Shown: in pieces, positions 1 to 8,268 of the stretch
Layout: each line of letters starts with the position of its first letter
Position numbering within the stretch: position 1 is the first letter of the stretch
Source: Nitrospirota bacterium
GTDB taxonomy: Bacteria > Nitrospirota > UBA9217
Assembly: GCA_035623825.1 (NCBI GenBank)
Contig: DASPSR010000066.1
Span: 1-44,719 of the forward strand
DNA: 44,719 nt
Direction: 5' to 3'
The notes under the pieces: model-generated
Told to the model about the DNA's origin: nothing
Seen by the model: the letters and a program-made list of their open reading frames with translations, nothing else
The model's database searches: none
Program-made: the position numbers and the translations under genes

Positions 1-95
1 AGTTCAAGGGGAAGGTTCTCGGTTTGCCGGCACGGGATGAGTGCACACTGCCTACCGTAAAAGAGCAGCTCGTTGTCGAATTGTATTCAAAGTGA
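1..95 (+). CDS. rpsD: 30S ribosomal protein S4, C-terminal fragment (partial)
   Basis: The frame starting at nt 3 reads FKGKVLGLPARDECTLPTVKEQLVVELYSK-stop. EQLVVELYSK is the typical S4 C-terminus, and the gene lies directly upstream of rpoA. Confidence 0.95.
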   Translation, partial: FKGKVLGLPARDECTLPTVKEQLVVELYSK

Positions 96-222
96 CCTAA
101 AGAGCACCGTAGTCGGCAGCATCGCTTCTACTGCACCGCAGGTCAGCATATCATAATGGCCGCGCCCGCTGCGCGGTGTGCATGGCCGGATAAAAAGATA
201 TTCACTCCGTTATGGAGGATAC

Positions 223-1245
223 ATGCTTAAAAAAGCGAAAGACTTCCAGATGCCCAAAAAGCTTCAATATGATCCTAAGAAAATCACCGACACGTTCGGG
301 AAGTTCACGGCAGAGCCGTTAGAGCGGGGCTTCGGGACGACCTTGGGTAATTCTTTACGCCGTGTTCTTCTGTCATCGCTTGAGGGGTCAGCAATCACCT
401 CGCTGAGAATTCTTGGCGTCCAGCACGAATTCTCAAGCATTCCGGGCGTCATCGAAGACACGACGGACCTTATTTTAAACCTTAAAGAAGTCCGGCTGAA
501 GCTCCATACGGACAAACCCAAAACATTAGCACTCAAGGCGAAGGGCCCGGGTGAGGTAACAGCCAAAGATATCGAAGCCGATGCAGAAGTGGAAATCCTG
601 AATCCCGATCTCCATATAGCCACAATCGACAAAAACGGCAAGCTTGAAGTTGAAATGCGAGCACGCCGCGGAAGGGGATATGTTCCCTCGGACAGGAACA
701 AGGAGGCGGGGCAGCCCATAGGAGTCATTCCGATTGACTCGGTCTTCTCTCCCATCAGAAAAGTGAATTTCAAGGTCGAGAACGCCAGGGTGGGGCAGGA
801 GACAGATTACGATAAGCTTGTTCTGGAGGTGTCGACCGACGGCAGCATCAGACCGGATGACGCCGTGGCGCATGCGGCCAAACTTCTGAAGGACCATCTA
901 TCCATTTTCATTCACCTGCCCGAAGAAGAGGAAGAGGCGCCGACGATGGAAGAGGAAATCAAGAGGACCCCATCGTTCAACGAGAACCTTCTCCGCAGCG
1001 TCAATGAGCTGGAGCTTTCGGTACGGGCCGCAAACTGCCTTAAGAACGCGGGGATAGAGACCATCGCGGAAATGGTGCAGAAGACCGAAAGTGAGATGCT
1101 CAAGACAAAAAATTTTGGCAGGAAATCGCTCAACGAGATCAAAGAGATCCTTGCTGAGATGGGACTTGGCCTCGGGATGAAGGTAGACGATAAAATCGTT
1201 ACCGAAGCCAGAAGGCTTTTGGCGGAAAAACCGAGTGAGGCGTAA
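223..1245 (+). CDS. rpoA: DNA-directed RNA polymerase subunit alpha
   Basis: Motifs [22 protein letters not shown] and alpha-[14 protein letters not shown]...[11 protein letters not shown]. Start placed at ATG 223, behind GGAGG (the ORF track starts at 178). Confidence 0.99.
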   Translation: MLKKAKDFQMPKKLQYDPKKITDTFGKFTAEPLERGFGTTLGNSLRRVLLSSLEGSAITSLRILGVQHEFSSIPGVIEDTTDLILNLKEVRLKLHTDKPKTLALKAKGPGEVTAKDIEADAEVEILNPDLHIATIDKNGKLEVEMRARRGRGYVPSDRNKEAGQPIGVIPIDSVFSPIRKVNFKVENARVGQETDYDKLVLEVSTDGSIRPDDAVAHAAKLLKDHLSIFIHLPEEEEEAPTMEEEIKRTPSFNENLLRSVNELELSVRAANCLKNAGIETIAEMVQKTESEMLKTKNFGRKSLNEIKEILAEMGLGLGMKVDDKIVTEARRLLAEKPSEA

Positions 1246-1275
1246 AAATCTATTGGGTAGGGTAAGGATGCTGAA

Positions 1276-1680
1276 ATGAGACACGGATGTGCAGGCAGGC
1301 AGTTTGGGAGAGACTCCGGGCATCGGAAGCAGCTGCTCAGGACGCTTGTTACCTCGCTGCTCAAGAATGAAAAGATAGAGACAACCGCTGCCAAGGCCAA
1401 GGAGATCCGGCCGCTGGCTGAAAAGATGATCACGCTCGCAAAGCGTGGAGACCTGCACGCGAGGCGTCAGGCGCTCAGCTTCATCCATGATGAGACCGTG
1501 GTCAACGGACTATTTACTCAAATCGCGCCGCGTTTTGCCTCCCGCAACGGCGGCTACACGAGGATCGTCCCGACGCGCAACAGGGCAGGAGACGCTGCTC
1601 CCATGGCGGTTATCGAGCTCGTGGAGCGTCAGCAAAAAGAATCGGCCGCTGCAAAGGGGTCGGAAAAGTCAAAGACCTAG
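1276..1680 (+). CDS. rplQ: 50S ribosomal protein L17
   Basis: MRH start, [10 protein letters not shown] and RNGGYTRI motifs; canonical rpsD-rpoA-rplQ order. Confidence 0.99.
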   Translation: MRHGCAGRQFGRDSGHRKQLLRTLVTSLLKNEKIETTAAKAKEIRPLAEKMITLAKRGDLHARRQALSFIHDETVVNGLFTQIAPRFASRNGGYTRIVPTRNRAGDAAPMAVIELVERQQKESAAAKGSEKSKT

Positions 1681-1792
1681 TAGCCGGAAACATACAGAAC
1701 GCACGTGACTGACTTGTGATTCGGGCAGTCGGGCCATGATCGATTGGAACAGGCCATCAATCAGTCTCTTACAATGAACGACATGAATTCAT

Positions 1793-1819
1793 AGGCAAGG
1801 GTTGCCCCTTGCCTTTTTT
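1793..1819 (+). terminator. Intrinsic terminator of the alpha operon
   Basis: AGGCAAGGG-TTGC-CCCTTGCCT hairpin followed by a T-run. Confidence 0.85.
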
Positions 1820-1834
1820 ATTGCTTTTACCTTA

Positions 1835-1880
1835 ATGCGCCTAAAGCACCGTCACTAAAGGACGGTGATAAGAGGCGCAT
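1835..1880. repeat. Extragenic palindrome (REP-like or IS200/IS605-end-like hairpin)
   Basis: Nested inverted repeats ATGCGCCT...AGGCGCAT and CACCGTC-ACTAAAG-GACGGTG, with no T-tail. Confidence 0.4.
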
Positions 1881-2063
1881 GCTGTATGCTGCCGCTTAGC
1901 GAATAATAGTTGAATAATTCGCGTACCAACGATATATTAAGATTGCCCGTATGTTAGTGTTTGAAGTGATTTCACTGCCGGCATTACCAGGCGGATATTG
2001 CGGTGCTCAGCAGCGCTTCTTTAAGCCTGAGCCGGCAGAAACGGCGAAAAACACGAGAACTGC

Positions 2064-3503
2064 ATGAAAAAACGAATTCTTCTGGGCTTTGGCCTTCCCC
2101 TCTTCGTTTTCCTGATGGGTAGCCTTATAGCCGCATTGTACATCACGGAGACCACGCAACGGATGGACAAACTGTTCTTGCTCCATCAAGTTGAGATCCT
2201 CCGCGAAGACCTCATCATCCATGTGCAGCAGGTCCAGTCCCATGTTACCCGCACCAAGGTACAAAGCGGCGCGGATGTGGACGTGCTGATGGCCAGTATG
2301 CGGGAAATGGAAAAGATCATGGACTCCTGCACGGGATGCCATCATTCGCCAGAGCTTACGCAGGGTCTGCAGGGGATGCGAGACCTGGAGAATGATTACA
2401 AGACCGCCGTAAGCCGTTTGGTCACGGCCTCGGCGAATGCAGGAAGGATCGACGAGCTTGAACGAAGGGCGCAGGACCTCGGCCAGGAGATCATTGCCGT
2501 GACCCAGGGGATGGCCTTCACCGCCAATGTCCGGCTGCAGCAGAAGACACAGGAGACGATGGCCACGATACGGGAGGTCCGGGTCATCCTGTATGTCACG
2601 GTTCTCGTCGGTCTCTTCCTGTCCGTCAGTGCTGCCTATATCATCGCGAAAAGCCTCGATCGGCGGCTACGAATGCTGCTCGAGGCGACCAGGCGTATTT
2701 CCCGAGGAGAGCTGGAGCCCCGCGTGGACATCAGCGATACCACAGAAAGCGAGTTCAGGGAACTCGGCGAGGCGTTCAACGCCATGACCCGGAATCTTCA
2801 CCGGTCCCAGAGACAGCTGGTGCAGAGCGCCAAGATCGCGGCCATCAGTGAAGTCGCTGCCAACATTGTCTACGAGGTGAGCAGCCCCCTTAACGAGGTT
2901 ATGGGGTATACGGGGCTGCTTATCAAGTCCGATGATATCCCGGCTGAGAAGAAAGAGCTTTTGAAGACGATAGAGCGGGAGACGCTTCGCGCACGGGAAA
3001 TACTCAAGAGTCTGCTCGACTTCGTCCGGATGAGGCCGCCGAGGCTCGTAAAAACCGATATCGGCGCCCTCATTAAGGAGACGCTGGACCTCGTGAAAAG
3101 CCAGGCCAGGCCGAACAACGTGAATATTGTCGTGGACATCCCTGAAGGTATTCCCGCCGTGGCATTGGATGCGGATGAAATGAAGCAGGCATTCGTTCAC
3201 ATCATCGACAACGCCTACTTCGCCATGCCGGGTGGCGGCAGCCTCACGATCCGCTGTCGGCGCGAAACGGACATGTCCGGAGGCAAATTCGTGGCGCTGG
3301 AATTCGGCGACACCGGTATCGGTATCCCCGAGACGCAGCTCGACAAGATATTCGACCCCTTTTTTACGACGCGGCTTGAAGGTTACGTAACAGGCCTCGG
3401 ACTCTCGATCAGCTATATGATCATCCGGCATCACGGTGGACATATTGAGGTTGAGAGCAAGGTCGGGGAAGGATCCACATTCCGCGTGCTCTTGCCGGCG
3501 TGA
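2064..3503 (+). CDS. Membrane sensor histidine-kinase-like protein: periplasmic CxxCH, HAMP, degenerate H-box (His to Tyr), HATPase
   Basis: Two TM segments flank a periplasmic domain containing CTGCH. HAMP region EFRELGEAFNAM. H-box position reads NIVYEVSSPL. G1 DTGIGI, F-box IFDPFFTT and G2 TGLGLSIS are intact. Confidence 0.9.
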   Translation: MKKRILLGFGLPLFVFLMGSLIAALYITETTQRMDKLFLLHQVEILREDLIIHVQQVQSHVTRTKVQSGADVDVLMASMREMEKIMDSCTGCHHSPELTQGLQGMRDLENDYKTAVSRLVTASANAGRIDELERRAQDLGQEIIAVTQGMAFTANVRLQQKTQETMATIREVRVILYVTVLVGLFLSVSAAYIIAKSLDRRLRMLLEATRRISRGELEPRVDISDTTESEFRELGEAFNAMTRNLHRSQRQLVQSAKIAAISEVAANIVYEVSSPLNEVMGYTGLLIKSDDIPAEKKELLKTIERETLRAREILKSLLDFVRMRPPRLVKTDIGALIKETLDLVKSQARPNNVNIVVDIPEGIPAVALDADEMKQAFVHIIDNAYFAMPGGGSLTIRCRRETDMSGGKFVALEFGDTGIGIPETQLDKIFDPFFTTRLEGYVTGLGLSISYMIIRHHGGHIEVESKVGEGSTFRVLLPA

Positions 3504-3535
3504 TGCAGCTCGGCGGTCATACGTAAGGAGATCCC

Positions 3536-5053
3536 ATGGCGGGCGAAAAAATACTTGTCGTCGACGACGAGGTCATAATTAGAGACCTGTGCTACGATGT
3601 CTTGACTACTGAAGGGTACCAGGTGACCACGATCTCAGACGGGATGGCGGCGCTCGAAGAGCTTGGTCGCAGCGATATTGACCTGCTCATTACGGATATC
3701 AAGATGCCGGAAATGGACGGGCTCGAACTCTTTGAGCGGGTGAAACAGCTGAGCCAGGATATCGTGACGGTATTCATCACGGGACACGGGACGCTCGATA
3801 CCGCTATCGAGTCCCTGATGCGCGGTGTGGACGGTTTTTTGCTCAAGCCGTTCACCCAGGACGAACTGCTCGGCGCCGTGAACCGTGCCGTGACGCGCAG
3901 CACGCTCCAGAAGGAAAACATCCGGCTTAAAGCGCTCATTCCCCTGTTCGAGATCAGCAAGTTGCTCGTCACCGAAATCGATCTTGCGCATCTGTTCAAG
4001 ATCATTACCGAGGTCCTCGTTGAGGAGTTCTCCGTGGATCGGGTCTCCCTGATGCTCATCGACGAGCCGAGCGGGGACCTGCTCATCCGGGCTTCTCACG
4101 GATTGCCCGCGGATATGGCCTTGAAGGCCCGGCGCAGGTGCGGCGAGGGCGTTTCCGGCATGGTGCTCAAACATCGCAAGCCGCTCATCATTTCAGCGGG
4201 AAAACATCCTGACCCGGAGGTCATGGCTGTCATAAATCTTGAGGACATGCCTGCTTCCTCCATGTCCGTCCCCCTCATCGGCAAGAACAAGATGTTCGGT
4301 GTGCTCAACGTGAGCAAATTCTCCGGCACTCCTTTCACGACAAGCGACCTGCAGATCGTCCTCATTCTGTCGAGCCAGGTGGTGACCGCCATGGAGAACG
4401 CCTCGCTCTTCGAAGACCTGCGCGAAAACTATTTCCGGACGGTACAGGCGCTCGTGGCGGCGGTAGAGGCCAAGGACCCCTACACCCGGTGGCACTCAAC
4501 GAATGTTGCCAGGTACGCGGTAGCGATCGCACGCGACATCGGCATGACCCCCTCGCAGCTCGAGGAGATGCACATCGCCGCCATCCTGCACGACGTCGGC
4601 AAGATCGGCATCAGCGAACGGATCATCAGCAAGCCCGGTCACCTTAACCATGAGGAGTTCGACATCATGAAAGACCACCCTGCCCACGGGATCAGGATCC
4701 TCGAACCAATCGGATTTGCTCCAGAGATCATCAACGCGGTCTATCAGCACCATGAGCGGTACGACGGAAAGGGCTATCCTCAGGGTCTCGCAGGTGAGGA
4801 GATCACGCTCGCAGCGAGGGTGCTCAATGTTGCGGACACCATTGATGCCATGCTGTCGGAGAGGCCGTACCGAAGCATGATTTCTGGCCAGGAGGTGCTC
4901 CAGGAGCTGGCACGGGAATCGGGGATGCAATTTGACCCGAGGATAGCGGAATCAGCCAAGAGCCTGATTGAAAAAGGTCTGTTAAAACTTGGGGTGCATA
5001 CCTATTACCAGTATGCGGCCGGGACTGACAACGGCGAGAAGAAATCTCTTTAA
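3536..5053 (+). CDS. Response regulator, REC-GAF-HD-GYP (putative c-di-GMP phosphodiesterase)
   Basis: REC: VVDDE, TDIKMPEMDG, KPF. Central GAF region. HD motif LHDVGK and HHERYDGKGYP. SD AAGGAG. Confidence 0.93.
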   Translation: MAGEKILVVDDEVIIRDLCYDVLTTEGYQVTTISDGMAALEELGRSDIDLLITDIKMPEMDGLELFERVKQLSQDIVTVFITGHGTLDTAIESLMRGVDGFLLKPFTQDELLGAVNRAVTRSTLQKENIRLKALIPLFEISKLLVTEIDLAHLFKIITEVLVEEFSVDRVSLMLIDEPSGDLLIRASHGLPADMALKARRRCGEGVSGMVLKHRKPLIISAGKHPDPEVMAVINLEDMPASSMSVPLIGKNKMFGVLNVSKFSGTPFTTSDLQIVLILSSQVVTAMENASLFEDLRENYFRTVQALVAAVEAKDPYTRWHSTNVARYAVAIARDIGMTPSQLEEMHIAAILHDVGKIGISERIISKPGHLNHEEFDIMKDHPAHGIRILEPIGFAPEIINAVYQHHERYDGKGYPQGLAGEEITLAARVLNVADTIDAMLSERPYRSMISGQEVLQELARESGMQFDPRIAESAKSLIEKGLLKLGVHTYYQYAAGTDNGEKKSL

Positions 5054-5383
5054 GAACGTCCTCGTGCTGGATGCCGCCGCTCCCTGGTGACGATTGGTCC
5101 TGGCACCTTGCTCGATTGCGCTTTGAGCAGCGCGAAGGAATATTTTAGTATTAAAGTATATGCCCTTTTCATTGGTTGCCAAAGTATGGATTTTTAACCC
5201 AAAGACGTTATCGAAAACACAAAATCCCCCGATGATTGCCACCTTTCCCAAGAGGTTTTTCCTTTCAATTTGCAATGAATTACCACGATGACCGCTGTGG
5301 AAAGCCTCAGCGCATTCGGCGTTTCATACAGTTTCATTAAATAGCAACTTGATAATTACAATTTTATATCTAGTAGAAAATTC

Positions 5384-5412
5384 TTGACTTGAATATACGA
5401 CTTTGCTATATT
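5384..5412 (+). promoter_or_regulatory. Sigma-70-type promoter candidate upstream of the porin
   Basis: TTGACT-N17-TATATT with an extended -10 TG, in an AT-rich intergenic region. Confidence 0.55.
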
Positions 5413-5866
5413 TTGGCTGTGTTTCAACCATTTTCAGCGGTAATCCCTTTTTGCTAAACGCACATTGAATAGTCCTTAGAGCACGTAATAGTGGTAGATC
5501 CAGACGATTGAAAGATCTATGAAGATATCCACTATCAACTCCCCGTGTCACTCATGTCTTTTCTCTTTTGACGGCGAAAGAGCCGCTGAAGCGCGCTTTT
5601 TCATCGGCGACTGCGCTCATCGAAACACACCATATGAACTCGCACCACGGCATTCATTCATGTTCGATAGATCCGATCGTTCGTTTCGCGGAATTCGAAT
5701 AAAAATTTTATAATGAAAGGAGGGATGAAAGCGGTCTCTTAACCCAAGCAGCAACTCGGCAACAACGCACCATCGTTTCAGAATCATCTTATAGTTTTAC
5801 ATCTTAAGAAGTCAGCGAAGTTTCGGTTCATCCGGGACGAAACCTAACAATAAGGGAGGATAAACG

Positions 5867-7189
5867 ATGAAGAAGTTTGTTGTGTTATTCGTAGTTGCAG
5901 CATTTACCTTCTTCGGGTCAATGGCCTACGCCGTGGACGTGACCGTGAGCGGAAGCATTGATATCCGGAGCAGGGATTTCACCGATCTAGTTCAGAATAA
6001 AGATATATCTGGTGAGAACCAGCGTGACACCCAGGAGAGGATCCGGATCAATGTCGATGCAAAGGCTGGCAACGATGTAAAGGGAAGGATCTCGATCGAG
6101 AACAACTGGGACGAATGGGGAAGGGTCGAGATTCCTCAGGGTAATGGCCAGAACACAACGACGGACGAAGGTATTCCCTTGGTCACTCGAGGTACGATTA
6201 GCCAGCCCGTCCAACTCGACATCCGCGAGGCATGGATCAGCTTCAACCTTCCCGGCATTCCGGTCAACGTCACAGGCGGCCATCAGCTCCTGCAGCTCGG
6301 CAACGGCTGGTGGTTCCGCTCCATGAAGTACGGCTCCGATGCATGGGTGGTTGCAAACGTGACTGGCAATAACACGGTCGCATTCGTGAACATTAAGGCG
6401 GCTGAGGGAAACGTTGCACGTGCTGACGATATAGACGCCTACGTTATCCTCGATGTGTTCAAGATCGACGACAACAACGTTGTAGGCTTCGACGTCACAA
6501 ATATACATGATCGCCTTGGCTTAATTGCGTTCGTGAATGGTTTAGCTCCGTTGGCGGCCGCTGCCGGTACTGACCTTTTTAATTACAGCATAAACTATAA
6601 TGGCAAACTGGGCCCGGTTGGTCTTAAGGTTCAGGTAGACATGCAGTCGGGCGACGTTGATGCCGGTTCACGACCGAACTTTAAGGGAAAAGAGGCCGTG
6701 ATCGAGGGTAAGATACCGATGGATCCGCTCACGATCAACTTCCTGGCTGCTTACGGCTCCGGAAACAAGATGAACTCTGGCAATGTAGATAGATATGCGA
6801 ACCTCCTTGATGCCGACCCGCACTACACATTTCTGTATGAGTATAAGCTCAGGACAGGTGCAGGAGCTCAAAGTACTGGATTCTCCAACACCGAGGCACT
6901 CAATATTGGCGCTATGTACAAACTCCTGACGAGCCTGGACGTCGGACTTGACTTCTGGTGGCTGCACGCGCCCGAGCTAGTGGCCCTCAATGGAGGCGCA
7001 CCAGATCGTGATCTCGGATACGAGATAGACGCGAAGATCAACTGGAAACTCTATGACAACCTGACCTGGAACTGGGTGCTCGGCTACTTTGGGGCCGGCA
7101 AATGCTATGATACCGGAACTGCGGGCGTGACGACTCACAGCGCTGATGCCACGACCGGTATCCAGGGCGTCCTGAGCTTCAAGTTCTAA
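5867..7189 (+). CDS. Large outer-membrane beta-barrel / major porin (alginate-export or OmpJ-like)
   Basis: Signal peptide ending AYA, amphipathic beta-strand pattern, C-terminal LSFKF BAM signal, strong SD GGAGG. Confidence 0.8.
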   Translation: MKKFVVLFVVAAFTFFGSMAYAVDVTVSGSIDIRSRDFTDLVQNKDISGENQRDTQERIRINVDAKAGNDVKGRISIENNWDEWGRVEIPQGNGQNTTTDEGIPLVTRGTISQPVQLDIREAWISFNLPGIPVNVTGGHQLLQLGNGWWFRSMKYGSDAWVVANVTGNNTVAFVNIKAAEGNVARADDIDAYVILDVFKIDDNNVVGFDVTNIHDRLGLIAFVNGLAPLAAAAGTDLFNYSINYNGKLGPVGLKVQVDMQSGDVDAGSRPNFKGKEAVIEGKIPMDPLTINFLAAYGSGNKMNSGNVDRYANLLDADPHYTFLYEYKLRTGAGAQSTGFSNTEALNIGAMYKLLTSLDVGLDFWWLHAPELVALNGGAPDRDLGYEIDAKINWKLYDNLTWNWVLGYFGAGKCYDTGTAGVTTHSADATTGIQGVLSFKF

Positions 7190-7243
7190 AAGAGGTATGA
7201 TGCCGTGCCGGCATAGATGCCGACAGGGCTGTGAAGCATACTG

Positions 7244-7285
7244 AAGATCCCCCGGAGGGTAACCTTCCTTCCGGGGGATTTTTTT
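7244..7285 (+). terminator. Intrinsic terminator after the porin
   Basis: ATCCCCCGGAGGG...CCTTCCGGGGGAT stem followed by a T-run. Confidence 0.85.
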
Positions 7286-7453
7286 GGGTTGAACATATTT
7301 CATGCAAGCAAAGAATAATTCCATGAGAGCCCCCAAGAGAGCAAAGGATACATGAATTTCCGCGTCAATCAAAAAAACTCTGCGCCCTTGCGGTGCCGGT
7401 GTATCTGGGCAATACATTCACGTCAGAGATGAATATCTGAGGAGGAATACGCA

Positions 7454-8017
7454 ATGAAAAGGTTCTTGATAGTCGCAGCAGTTTTGGGATTTGTCATGGG
7501 GCTCGGCTCGGGCAGCGCCTCCGCAGCCGGTAACAGCCTGAAGGCCGGCATGTTCGGCTTCGGCGTTGGTGTCGGAAACAGTGTTTTTGGGAATACCGGT
7601 GGAACGTCAGGCACTGCCGCGGGGGTTATCACCATTTCAGGCAAATACTTTGTCGCGAACGATCTTGCCGTAACCGCCGGGCTCGGCATCCAGGGCAGCA
7701 CCGGGGACGTTGACGCCAACTTTTTCTCCATTGCCGGAGGGTTAAGGAAGTATCTCAAGGTCGATGATTTCGCCCCCTTTCTCGAAGGCCGGGTAACCTA
7801 TGTGACAGAGAAGTTCACGGGTGGAGCTGGCGGCGTGCATCAGGATGTGCTGGACCTTTCGGGCATCTTCGGCGCAGAATATTTCCTGACCAAGCAGTTC
7901 AGCTTCGAAGGCAGCATCGGGTTCGGTATCGGTCACGTTGAAAACGACACTACCAACCAGGATTACACCTACTTCGGCACCCGCACTGTCGGGGTGAGCG
8001 CGAATTTCTACTTCTAA
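7454..8017 (+). CDS. Small outer-membrane beta-barrel protein (about 8-stranded type)
   Basis: Signal peptide ending ASA, Gly/aromatic-rich strands, C-terminal ANFYF, SD GAGGAGG. Confidence 0.8.
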   Translation: MKRFLIVAAVLGFVMGLGSGSASAAGNSLKAGMFGFGVGVGNSVFGNTGGTSGTAAGVITISGKYFVANDLAVTAGLGIQGSTGDVDANFFSIAGGLRKYLKVDDFAPFLEGRVTYVTEKFTGGAGGVHQDVLDLSGIFGAEYFLTKQFSFEGSIGFGIGHVENDTTNQDYTYFGTRTVGVSANFYF

Positions 8018-8037
8018 GGATTTCCAGGGTGGCATGC

Positions 8038-8072
8038 AAACCCGGCCGGCAACATGCCTGCCGGGTTTTTTT
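8038..8072 (+). terminator. Intrinsic terminator
   Basis: AAACCCGGC...GCCGGGTTT stem plus a T-run. Confidence 0.75.
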
Positions 8073-8268
8073 ACGCCCCATTGTGCGGCGGCCGCGCCAT
8101 CCCCACCAGAACAAGGAAATACATATATGCGCAACTGCTTTCGATCCCGAATATGCTTGAAGAGCGTAATTCATTGTGATAAAGTGTCATGCCTGCCGGT
8201 GATCAAGTTACGCTGTTTTGAAACAGTGTTTCGGTTATACACATCTGCCTCGAATGAAGAAGGACCGC

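Noticed and set aside
5101-5116. TGGCAC hexamer as a sigma-54 site (also at about 17497)
   Set aside because: The -12 GC is not at GG-N10-GC spacing.
5560-5860. Possible c-di-GMP/cGAMP (GEMM) riboswitch next to the HD-GYP gene
   Set aside because: A GAAA-containing stem is present, but the conserved GGCAAAC...GACGCAAAGC core is not.
8175-8192. Rex-like operator TTGTGATAAAGTGTCATG before the hybrid kinase
   Set aside because: Only the left half-site matches, which is too weak to report.
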